Both the position numbers and the translations under genes were made by a program. Below are positions 41,683-50,288 of a stretch of DNA of 64,000 nucleotides, one piece after another (the stretch's first letter is position 1; each line of letters starts with the position of its first letter). This stretch comes from Candidatus Methylomirabilia bacterium (GTDB lineage: Bacteria; Methylomirabilota; Methylomirabilia; Rokubacteriales; CSP1-6): NCBI GenBank assembly GCA_046758965.1, contig JBHIBG010000003.1, positions 32,001 to 96,000 of the forward strand, written 5' to 3'. The notes beneath the pieces were generated by a model. It was not told the DNA's origin. It did no database searches and saw only the letters and a program-made list of their open reading frames with translations.

Positions 41683-41815
41683 CGAACTCGAGCCGACGAT
41701 GCGCCTGGCGCGGGGCTGCGTCGACTTCCCCGGGGCTCTCGGCTCTCGCAACGATGAACCCGAGGTACTGCCAGCCCTCCGGAGGCGGCACCAGCTCCTG
41801 GCGAGCTGGGCGTGA
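41619..41815. repeat. ~200-bp direct repeat, copy 1 (partner 44158-44356)
   Basis: Both copies contain the convergent 3' ends of the ADP-ribosylglycohydrolase and ATP-grasp genes, with scattered mismatches. Confidence 0.9.
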
Positions 41816-42300
41816 CCGCGATCCTGCACACCTAGGATCAGAACCTCTCCCAGCACATCCATGTGCACTGCGTCGTGACGGGCGGGGCCCTCTCGTCCGA
41901 CGGCGCGCGCTGGATCCGGGCCTGGGCCGGCTTTCTATTTCCGGTCGGGACCCTGTTCAAGGTGCTCCGGGGAACCTGCCTCGCCGGCCCCGCGGCCTTC
42001 ACCGCCTGGCTCGACCGCCTCCGCCACCAGGCCTGGGTGGTGTACTGCAAACAGCCTTTTGGCGGTCCCGAGCAGGTGCTCGCCTACCTCGCCGCTACAC
42101 CCACCGCGTGGCGATCTCCAACGAGCCCCTTGTCAAGCTCCAAGACGGGATGGTGCGCCCCCGCTGGCGCGACTACGCCGACGGCGACCGGGTGAAGGTC
42201 CTCGAGCTCGAGGCGGCGGAGTTCATCCGGCGCTTTCTGCTCCACGTCGTTCCGGACGGCTTCGTGCGCATCCGCCACTTTGGCCTCCTGGCCAACCGTA
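41805..42300 (+). pseudogene. IS91-family (HUH/Y2) transposase remnant
   Basis: ILHT*DQNLSQHIHVHCVVTGG, WVVYCKQPFGGPEQVLAYL / RYTHRVAISN, EFIRRFLLHVVPDGFVRIRHFGLLANR; contains a stop, a frameshift and deletions. Confidence 0.88.
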
Positions 42301-42386
42301 CGCGCCCCGTGTTCCGCTCCCGCCCAGCTTGTAGCATACCCCCGCCGGGGATAGAATCCCCCTATGGCCCCAGGGGCCCCGGTTCA

Positions 42387-42445
42387 GTACAACTGGTTTT
42401 ATCCGTCAAGCTGCTGCACGACGGATAAAAGCCTCAGTGTTAGAG
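42387..42445 (+). mobile_element. attC-like site at the end of the IS91 remnant
   Basis: GTACAAC ... ttttatccgtc / gacggataaaa ... GTTAGAG. Confidence 0.6.
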
Positions 42446-42452
42446 GAGCAAC

Positions 42453-42896
42453 GTGAAGAGAAAGGTGACGCGCAGGGGCACGCAAGACATCTGCCTCGCG
42501 GCGATCGTTGGTGCAGACGTATACCGCGTTTGGACTGACATGCTGCAGTATCTCGTGCCACAGGGGCGGACGCATCGGCTTGCTCCTCTTGTTGCAGGGA
42601 TGCTACGGTTTGCGGCGGAGCGCGCGTTTCGTAAACACCGTGGGCGTCCGCCGAAGGGATCGCTTGCAGAGGCGCTGGTCTTCGCGGACGAGTTCGAGGA
42701 GGACGAAGAGGACGCACCGGATCTCGGCACGACCCCGCCGGGACCCGCGCGGACATTACTGTCGGCGGCTACGGTTCGGCTTTTCCGCGACGCGAAGGTC
42801 AAGTACATCCGGACGAGCGCGCGGGGGGGCAGATACAGCATTGTCGATTCCGCACTTGCGGAATACCACCACTGGTTCGCGATGCCATGGGAATAG
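42453..42896 (+). CDS. hypothetical protein (integron cassette)
   Basis: GAGGAG RBS overlaps the GTTAGAG core; followed by attC. Confidence 0.75.
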   Translation: MKRKVTRRGTQDICLAAIVGADVYRVWTDMLQYLVPQGRTHRLAPLVAGMLRFAAERAFRKHRGRPPKGSLAEALVFADEFEEDEEDAPDLGTTPPGPARTLLSAATVRLFRDAKVKYIRTSARGGRYSIVDSALAEYHHWFAMPWE

Positions 42897-42921
42897 CTCA
42901 CGCTCTGAACGCCCGCGCGCG

Positions 42922-43016
42922 GACTAACATGTGCATACACCTGCCGGCCGGCCGATGGGCTTCGACAGCCGCCCGCCTCGCCTCCAGGCCCGCCGCAGGT
43001 GATGCCGGCGTTAGAC
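42922..43016 (+). mobile_element. attC site
   Basis: GACTAAC ... gcatacacctgc / gcaggtgatgc ... GTTAGAC. Confidence 0.82.
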
Positions 43017-43115
43017 TGGTGGACGTGCTGCGACTCCGCCTTGGCGTCGCGCAACATTGGCACCATGCGCGCTGCGATGGTTCCGGCCCGCCGCCGATGG
43101 GTGTAAGATGTCCGG

Positions 43116-43355
43116 GTGAGTCCGACAGTCTTTCGCCAGAGGGGTTTTCGCTTCTACTTCTTCTCGCGCGAAGAGCCCCGCTTGCATGTCCACGTGCATC
43201 ACGCGGACGGAGAAGCGAAGTTCTGGCTTGAGCCCGAGATCGAGCTGGCGCAGAACTACGGCCTTGGCCCTCGCAGGCTAGCCACCGCTCTCGATCTCAT
43301 CCGGAGGCATGACCATGAGATCCGCACTGCGTGGAAGAAGCATTTCGGAGGTTGA
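43116..43355 (+). CDS. DUF4160-like protein
   Basis: SPTVFRQRGFRFYFFSREEPRLHVHV...EAKFWL...W..HFG. Confidence 0.85.
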   Translation: MSPTVFRQRGFRFYFFSREEPRLHVHVHHADGEAKFWLEPEIELAQNYGLGPRRLATALDLIRRHDHEIRTAWKKHFGG

Positions 43356-43656
43356 AGTCACCAACGTGTCGCAGCATGGGTTCTGGCTTCTCGTAGGCGG
43401 CCGTGAGCTCTTCCTGCCCTTCGAGAAGTTCCCCTGGTTCAAGCGTGCGCCGGTCGGTCAGCTCCTGAGAGTCGAGCAGCCGCATCCCATGCATCTGTAT
43501 TGGCCTGACCTTGACGTAGATCTGGCCGTCGAGTCGATCGAGTTCCCGGAACGTTTCCCTCTAGTGAGTCGAGCACGGCCTAGCAACGCGCTCCAGCGGC
43601 CGCGCACGAGGCGGGCTCCTGGCAAGGGGAAAAGGGGTCGCCGCGCGCGCCGCTGA
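43309..43656 (+). CDS. DUF2442-like protein (reads into a degenerate attC)
   Basis: EVTNVSQHGFWLL...LPFEKFPWF...LYWPDLDVDL; usual partner of DUF4160. Confidence 0.82.
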   Translation: MTMRSALRGRSISEVEVTNVSQHGFWLLVGGRELFLPFEKFPWFKRAPVGQLLRVEQPHPMHLYWPDLDVDLAVESIEFPERFPLVSRARPSNALQRPRTRRAPGKGKRGRRARR

Positions 43657-43712
43657 GCTTGCTCGCGGCTTCGCCACACAAGCTCGCTCAGCGGCTTAAC
43701 CGCGACGCCGTT
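43578..43712 (+). mobile_element. degenerate/composite attC
   Basis: GCCTAGC-aacgc-gctccagcggccgcgc ... gcgcgccgctgagc, followed by a second partial right arm ending in GTT. Confidence 0.5.
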
Positions 43713-44157
43713 CCCATGAGCCTTGGGCTCACCTGTGCGTCATGAAAATGGCCTTGGCCATGGGGTTCCGCGGCTTTAACAGGATTTCAGGCAGTTACAG
43801 CTCTATTTTCTAAGCAGGTTCCTGACTCGCAAATTGAGAGCGCAGGCAACAGAACAGGCATTCTCAGGCCTTCTGGAGGGACGGCCAGGGCACCCCCCAA
43901 GGTACCGGACCAAGGCACGGGGCGGATGAAAAGCCTGTCAGGGCGAAAAGCTGACGACGGGTGGAGGCACCCGACGGCGAGAGGTGGGCCCGGCCCCGTC
44001 GGTGGACGCGCCACGAGCGTGGCGGCGGCATCTGCACGACGGAGCGCGGCGGAGGGCTAGGCTAGGTCCGAGCAGCTCGGTCAGGAGGCATATGGGAGAA
44101 GAGGTCACGGGGGTGGACAGCAGGCCTTGCAAGAGGGCCGGGCCTTCGCGCGGGGGA

Positions 44158-44356
44158 CCACCTGCTGGATCTGGCGGACCGCCTCCTTGAGGCGTGCGAG
44201 GGCGGGGGGGCTACCGGATGACGAACTCGAGCCGACGATGCGCCTGGCGCAGGGCTGCGTCGACTTCCCCGGGGCTCTCGGCTCTCGCAAAGATGAACCC
44301 GAGGTACTGCCAGCCCTCCGGAGGCGGCATCAGCTCCTGCCCGAGGTGGGCCGTGA
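44158..44356. repeat. ~200-bp direct repeat, copy 2
   Basis: Matches 41619-41815. Confidence 0.9.
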
Positions 44357-45440
44357 TGGCAACCTCCTCGATCCCCGGCACCCGCCGGGCCGCCTCCAGG
44401 CCCCGGACCTCCTCGAGCACCCCCCGCCGGGGAATCGGGATCATCATCACACCCGCGGAGCGGCGCTCGCGCTCCAGCGAGGCGACCTCCTTCCCCAGAG
44501 CATGGTAGAGGATCAGCTCTTCGAGCGACAGGCCCGTGCCGAAGCGGAGAGCGCGGGAGCAGAGGCCGCCGATGGAGCGGGCGGCGATCTCGATCATCCA
44601 GGGGCCCCGGTCGTTCACGCGAAGCTCGGCGTGAACCGGCCCCTCCCAGAGCCCCAGCGCTGTGGCGGCCCGCGCGCTGCAGTCGATCACCGCCGCCTGG
44701 CGCTCAGCCGACAGACGCGAGGGCGTGAGGTAAATCGTCTCCTCAAAGAACGGGCCGTCAAGGGGATCGGGCTTGTCAAACAGCGCCAGGACGTGAAGCT
44801 CCCCCTTCATGAGGAGCCCTTCGAGGGCCACCTCCACCCCCGGCACGAACTCCTCCACGAGCACCTGGCGGGCCTCCCCGCCCACGGCGGCGACCTCCGC
44901 ACTCCGGAGAATCGCCTCGAGCCGGCGGAAGGCGGCAACGAACTGATCAGGGCCGTCGGCACGGATCACCCCGCGGCTCGCCGCGAGGATCGTGGGCTTG
45001 ACCACGCAGGGATAGGCGACCTGCTCCGCAACAGCCGTCGGGTCATCCTCGAGAGAGAAGAGCGTGTGGCGGGGCACCGGCACCCCAGCCTGCTGGAGGA
45101 GCCGCCGCATCGTGAACTTGTTGCGCGCGGCCTGCGCCGACTCGACGGAGTTGAACGGCAACCCCAGCGCCTCGGCCGCGGCGGCGGCGACCACCGTCGT
45201 CAGATCGTCGACCGGGACGACGCCATCAATGGGGTGCTGCGTGGCGAACTCCGCCACCTCACGAGCGGCCTTCGCAGGGTCACGGAAGTCAAGCGTCAGG
45301 AGGCGGTCCGGATTCCGCTCTTGAAACGAGCTCGCATGCTCCGAGGCCACGACGACCTCTACGCCGAGCGCGTCGGCCGCTTTGACGAATGCCTCCGTCC
45401 GATAGGTCGTGGTCGGGATCAGCAGGAGCAGCCGGGGCAT
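44211..45440 (-). CDS. ATP-grasp domain protein (L-amino-acid-ligase-like)
   Basis: RNKFTMR, PCVVKP..LAASRGV, VEEFVPG.E, HAE, IEIAARSIGG. Confidence 0.9.
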   Translation of the reverse strand: MPRLLLLIPTTTYRTEAFVKAADALGVEVVVASEHASSFQERNPDRLLTLDFRDPAKAAREVAEFATQHPIDGVVPVDDLTTVVAAAAAEALGLPFNSVESAQAARNKFTMRRLLQQAGVPVPRHTLFSLEDDPTAVAEQVAYPCVVKPTILAASRGVIRADGPDQFVAAFRRLEAILRSAEVAAVGGEARQVLVEEFVPGVEVALEGLLMKGELHVLALFDKPDPLDGPFFEETIYLTPSRLSAERQAAVIDCSARAATALGLWEGPVHAELRVNDRGPWMIEIAARSIGGLCSRALRFGTGLSLEELILYHALGKEVASLERERRSAGVMMIPIPRRGVLEEVRGLEAARRVPGIEEVAITAHLGQELMPPPEGWQYLGFIFARAESPGEVDAALRQAHRRLEFVIR

Positions 45441-45444
45441 GCTC

Positions 45445-45744
45445 CTACATCTTGCCCGGCGTGTAGTAGGGATTGTTCCCTGAGCCGTGGTCGGTGACGT
45501 CGAGCACCTCGGTGATTTCGGGGACCTCCTCGAAGATCAACCGCTCGATCCCCTGCTTCAGGGTCACGTCAGCCATCCCGCACCCCTGGCAGCCCCCGCC
45601 CATCCTGATGAACGCGGTGTTGTCCTTGACGTCGAGCAGCTCGACGTATCCCCCGTGCATTCCCACCGCGGGATTGATCGAGTCGTCGAAGAGCTTCTGC
45701 ATCTTCTCCTTGAGCTCGAGCTCCTTGTCTCCGGCCATCGTCAT
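45445..45744 (-). CDS. NifU/NfuA Fe-S carrier domain protein
   Basis: INPAVGMHGG, GGGCQGCG, TLKQGIE, DVTDH. Second Met (45738) is a possible start. Confidence 0.92.
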   Translation of the reverse strand: MTMAGDKELELKEKMQKLFDDSINPAVGMHGGYVELLDVKDNTAFIRMGGGCQGCGMADVTLKQGIERLIFEEVPEITEVLDVTDHGSGNNPYYTPGKM

Positions 45745-45750
45745 CCTCCT

Positions 45751-47250
45751 TTAGACGTAAAGGTCAAGGGGGCCAAACTGGCCCTCCGTTGGCTCCGCTC
45801 AGCAGAACCAGGGTTCAGTCAGGCGGGGCACGGACCTCCCTTCGGGCCGTGGGATCACCGCGGCCGTGACCCGCATCGGACTCCCGTGGGCCGTCCGGGC
45901 GAGCGCCATGATCCGCTGGAAGCTGGCCGCCGGGTCCTCCAGGGTCTTGGCGGCCTCCTCCACGGCGCCTCTCACTGCCTGGTGAAGGCGGTCCATGCGG
46001 GGGTCCGGGTGGCTCCAGCGATAGTAAAAGGATTCCTCAACCAGCGGTCCGAGGAACGGTTTCATGGCCAGGCTCTCGAGGAGCCTGGAGCCCGGCGGCA
46101 CCAGAAGCCGGATCGAGTAGTGGACCAGGTCCACATGGTGGATCAGCCCCTCGGCCTCGATGAACTCCAGCATGTCCAGGTAGTCCTGGAGCGTCGTCCA
46201 CGGGGTGAAGGCCACCCAGGTGGGACGGAAGGCGATCCCCGCATCCCGGACGATCTTGAGGGCCTCGAACACGTCAGCGCGCGTATGCCCCTTCTCGAGA
46301 TTGGCCAGCACCGTATCGCTCAGCGACTCCACGGCCGACACCATGAAGACGCACCCCAGCTCAGCCAGCTCGGGGAAGAGCGCGCGGCGCTCCAGGATGT
46401 GCTCCACCTTGGCGGTGAAGTCGAAGGTGGTCTCCGGAAACTCTGCGTGCATCGCCCGGACCACCGCCAACGAATGGCCCGGGCCGTTCAGGAAATCGGG
46501 ATCGCCGAAGGTCACGTGAGTCGCTCCGGCCTGGACCAGGCGCCGGATGTCCTCGAGGACGATCTCCCTCGGCACCACGAAGAACCGGCCATCATACACC
46601 GGAGGGATCGGGCAGTGGAGACAGTGGTGGAGACATCCCCGGCTCGCCTCCACGTAGCCGACGCGGCTCCTCAGCCCGTCGCGCTCGAGATGGGCGTACC
46701 TCGTGAGCGGCGGGAGCGCAACTCGGCTCGGAAGGGCGAACGGCAGCCGCCGCAGAACCGCGCGGGCCGGCCGGCCCTGCCGGGCCACCCCACCGACGTC
46801 GCCCGAGCCGCCAGCCTCCAGGTCCTGCACGAGCGCAACCAGGGCGCTCTCAAACTCCCCCCCGATCACTGAGTCGGCCACGTGCCCGAGCAGATACTCG
46901 GCGTTCAGGAGAGCGTAGAGGCCGTAGAAGGCAATGTGGCAGCCGGCATTCAGTTCCCGGACCCGTTCCGCGGCCCGGACCCCCAGGCGCAGAGCCGTGT
47001 GCATCGGCACGGAGATTCCCACGAGCCCGGCCTGCCGGACCTTCTCGGGCTCCAGGCGCTCGACAGCGATGTCCAGCGCCTCGGGCGCGTACCCCTCCCG
47101 CTCGAGGAAGCCGAGCGGCGAGGCGACCCCGAGGGGCTGGTGGCCCAACTCGTAGCAGGAGAGGAGCAGAACAGCGCCGGGCCGCCGCCAGGATGACCCC
47201 TGGCGCTGAGCAACCGCTCTAACCGTGGCGCCGTTCCTCGGGAATGTCAT
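45751..47250 (-). CDS. CUAEP-tail radical SAM selenoprotein (UGA = Sec at 45799-45801)
   Basis: B12-binding-like N-terminus, CLHHCLHC cluster motif. Readthrough gives PRLTEPWFC-U-AEPTEGQFGPLDLYV* ending at TAA 45751; hairpin GGGCCA-GTT-TGGCCC 14 nt after the UGA. Confidence 0.88.
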
Positions 47251-47337
47251 GACCAGATGCCTGCCCACCAGTATACCCTTTGCCCTCCCCTTTCAGCCCC
47301 CGATCGCCCGGTGAGAGGCGGCGAGCAGGCGCGGTGG

Positions 47338-47736
47338 CTAGCCGCGCACGTCAACCACGATTCGTCGCTCTCTCGGCCCGTCCAGCTCCACCAGCGCGAT
47401 CCCCTGCCAGGTCCCGAGGAGGAGCCTCCTGTCCCTGACCGGGATGACCTGAGCGGGCCCGAGCAGCGTGGCTTTGAGATGGGCGGCTCCGTTGTCATCA
47501 ACCTTGTCGTGCTCCCAGACCCCTTCCGGAATGAGCTTGTCCAGCAGGCTCAATACATCCAGGCGGAACCCCGGATCCGCATTCTCGTTGATGATCAGGG
47601 CCGCGGTGGCATGACGGACAAAGAGCGTGCAGAGCCCTTCCGTTACGTTCGAGGCCGACACCACCGCAGCCACCCGCTGCGTGATGTCAATCACCTCACG
47701 GGGCTTCGCGGTGGTGAGGGTAATCGTCCGCTGCAT
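47338..47736 (-). CDS. YjbQ family protein
   Basis: HATAALIINENADP, NGAAHLK, LGTWQGI, ELDGPR. Confidence 0.93.
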   Translation of the reverse strand: MQRTITLTTAKPREVIDITQRVAAVVSASNVTEGLCTLFVRHATAALIINENADPGFRLDVLSLLDKLIPEGVWEHDKVDDNGAAHLKATLLGPAQVIPVRDRRLLLGTWQGIALVELDGPRERRIVVDVRG

Positions 47737-47751
47737 CGTCCGTCCCCGGCC

Positions 47752-49731
47752 TCATCGGGGACCGGGTTCGCTCCGATCGGGCTGCGCCACCCACTCCGAC
47801 AGCCGCTTGAAGATCTCAATGGTGAGTTGGGGGCGGTTGCGGATGAGCCAGTCCAGCTGTGCGGTCCGGACGACGAGCAGCTGGACCTCGGTCGCGGCGA
47901 CGGCGCCTGCGGAGCGGGGCGCCTTGCGGAACAGCGCCATTTCACCGAGCAGCTCGCCCTCGCCGAGCGTGCGGATCGTGCGCTCGCTGCCGTCGGTCCG
48001 CCTGCGGATCTCCACCTTCCCGGAGTGGATGACGAACGCCTCGCCCTTGGCGTCATCGCCCTCGTTGAAGATGACCTGGCCCGGGGCGAACTGACGCCGC
48101 GGCAACTCGCCTACCGTGAGGTTCTTGTAGATCTCGACCCCGATCGAGGGGAGGTACGACTTGGTCTCGACGGGAAGCCCCGCATTGGTCCACCCCCCGA
48201 GGCCTCCCTTGAGGATCCGGACGGTTCGATGGCCGCGTTGCCGGAGCTTTTTCGCCACGCGGGCACTCGTCTGCTCCTCGGGGCTGGCGCAGTAGGTGAC
48301 GATAGTCTGCCTCGACTCGACCTGGAGGTGAAGGTGTCCCGCCTCCGCCTCTTCCGGGGCGAGCCGAATCGCGCCGGGCAACTTGAGCGGGCTCGCCTCG
48401 AAGTCGTTCTGACCGCGCACGTCGAGAAAGACCGGGCTCAGCCCCCGCTCCATCAGCGCGATGACGTGGGCCGGGAGGATCCGGAAGCGGTTCTTCCACC
48501 ACCGACGGCCCCACATCCCGCCGAACCCGCTCGCGCTCACCAGGGTGACGCCGAGCGCCACCCACCCCCAGGGAAACGGCTGAGGGGGCGGGTTCTTGAT
48601 CTTCTCCTGGGCCTCGGCCAGCATCCGTTTGACGTCCGGCAGGTTGGGCAGGAACTCGTTCACTGCCTGGAACCGTTTCTCGGCCTGCGTGAAGCGCTGC
48701 TCGAAGAGGTCCCGAAGCCCCGCCCACCAGAGCGTATTGAACCGGCTCTCGGCGCCGACCCGGACCTCGCTCCCCACGATGAAGGTCTCTACGGCCTCAG
48801 AAGGAATGATGAAGTTGAACCCCTGCATGATTGCCCCCGCGGGTCCCGGGGCCAGCGACACGAAGGTGAGCACCCCCACGACCTCGCCCCGGTCGGTGAC
48901 GGCAGGGCCGCCCGAGTTCCCCCAGGCCGCAGGGGCGTCGGTCTGGATCACCGGCCGATTGGAGCGGTCCTGCTTGAACCCCGAGATCGCCCCATTGGTC
49001 ACCGAAGCCTCCACCGTCGCCGACTGATTCAGCAGCTCGTGGCTCAGCACGACCCCGGGGAAGCCCAGAATATGGAGCGGATCGCCGATCTTGGCCTCCC
49101 TGGACTTGGCCAGCGGGAGCACGGGGAAGTCCTGGCCCGGAACCTTCAGCAGGGCCAGGTCGCGCCCGGAGATCTGCCCGGGCTCGAGGGAGAGGGGCGG
49201 GCTGAACTTCTTGACCTCTGCCGGGAGGCGGGTGCCGTTCGAGAGCAGGACGGAGATCGAGGGGGTCAACGTCACCTTGGCGGTGGGGAGAACCGCTTGC
49301 AGCACCTTGCTCCGGACCCGCTCTTCGAGATCCGGACGCTCACCTGGAGCGAGATTTTGTCGCGCCAGGGCGGCAGGAAGACAGGCCGTTTCCACAGCGC
49401 GCCTGGCAAAGGTGTGGGTCAACCAGCGCCCCGGAGCGTGGGCAGGCTGAACCACGTGGGCGTTGGTGACCAGAAGACCGTCCGGATCGACGAACCAGCC
49501 GGTGCCGGTTTCGCGGAACGCCGGAGGCGTGACGCGCCTGGCGCCCTTGCCGCAGTCGAGCCTCACCTCAGCGGCGACCTCGGCAGCGACCAGGGCCACG
49601 GCGGGCTTGGCCCTGAGCAGAGCCTCCTGCACTGAGACGGCCCGCGCGGCGCTGGCGGCCTCCGGGGCCGCGAGGAGCACGCACCCCCCGAGAGCGATCG
49701 CGAAAGAAATCCCTCGAGCCTGGCCGGTCAC
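47752..49731 (-). CDS. trypsin-like serine protease-TM-rhodanese-cNMP-binding fusion protein
   Basis: TNAHV, DLALL, GNSGGP; TM WGWVALGVTLV; LDVR...TYCASPEEQTS...LKGGL..W; GELLGEMAL...PRSA. Start inferred. Confidence 0.85.
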   Translation of the reverse strand: MTGQARGISFAIALGGCVLLAAPEAASAARAVSVQEALLRAKPAVALVAAEVAAEVRLDCGKGARRVTPPAFRETGTGWFVDPDGLLVTNAHVVQPAHAPGRWLTHTFARRAVETACLPAALARQNLAPGERPDLEERVRSKVLQAVLPTAKVTLTPSISVLLSNGTRLPAEVKKFSPPLSLEPGQISGRDLALLKVPGQDFPVLPLAKSREAKIGDPLHILGFPGVVLSHELLNQSATVEASVTNGAISGFKQDRSNRPVIQTDAPAAWGNSGGPAVTDRGEVVGVLTFVSLAPGPAGAIMQGFNFIIPSEAVETFIVGSEVRVGAESRFNTLWWAGLRDLFEQRFTQAEKRFQAVNEFLPNLPDVKRMLAEAQEKIKNPPPQPFPWGWVALGVTLVSASGFGGMWGRRWWKNRFRILPAHVIALMERGLSPVFLDVRGQNDFEASPLKLPGAIRLAPEEAEAGHLHLQVESRQTIVTYCASPEEQTSARVAKKLRQRGHRTVRILKGGLGGWTNAGLPVETKSYLPSIGVEIYKNLTVGELPRRQFAPGQVIFNEGDDAKGEAFVIHSGKVEIRRRTDGSERTIRTLGEGELLGEMALFRKAPRSAGAVAATEVQLLVVRTAQLDWLIRNRPQLTIEIFKRLSEWVAQPDRSEPGPR

Positions 49732-50288
49732 AGGACCCAATTCTATCTCCACCCGCGGGAGAAAGAAATGAGGGGGGCCTGTTCGGGAGAGTCTGCCCCC
49801 CAAGCACGGCCGGGACCCCCCGGCCCGGCGAGGCTCAAGACGCGGGCTTGACATCTCGTTGGCGATCCGCTTAGCTGTGGGCACCCCTATGGCGAAGCTC
49901 GGCTTTCAGCTGCTGAACGCTGGCCCGCTGGCCACCTCTGACGGCTGCCGAACCGGCTCCTACCCGGAACTCCTCGAGACGATCGAGCGTCTGGCGGGAG
50001 AGGTGTGGCTCAAGCTGGAAGGCCACCGGGCGTGAGGGACGGAGCTCATGCCCCGACCACCCGGCCTGAAGGCTGAGGCCAGGGCCACGCGGACGGCAAC
50101 GCTCCCCCTCCCACGGTCGGCCGCACTCGATCCCCACCCCTCCTCGCTCTCGCACCTGATCCGGGTGAGCATCCCGTCGAACATCTTTCAGAATCGGCGA
50201 GCAAAGGTGAGAAGATATTTCTGGTGGATCGCCTGGACCGGGTCGAAGGCGAGGTGGGAAGAGCCACCGAGTCGAGAGGCTGACGACG

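Noticed and set aside
43930..44157. Possible other end of the IS91 element or an intron fragment
   Set aside because: Only short GC hairpins are present, with no assignable motif by eye.
47257..49635. 792-aa plus-strand ORF, and similar long ORFs at 10872-12398, 30819-32657, 44127-45497 and 61691-63049
   Set aside because: Antisense shadows of well-supported genes in GC-rich DNA, with no motifs.
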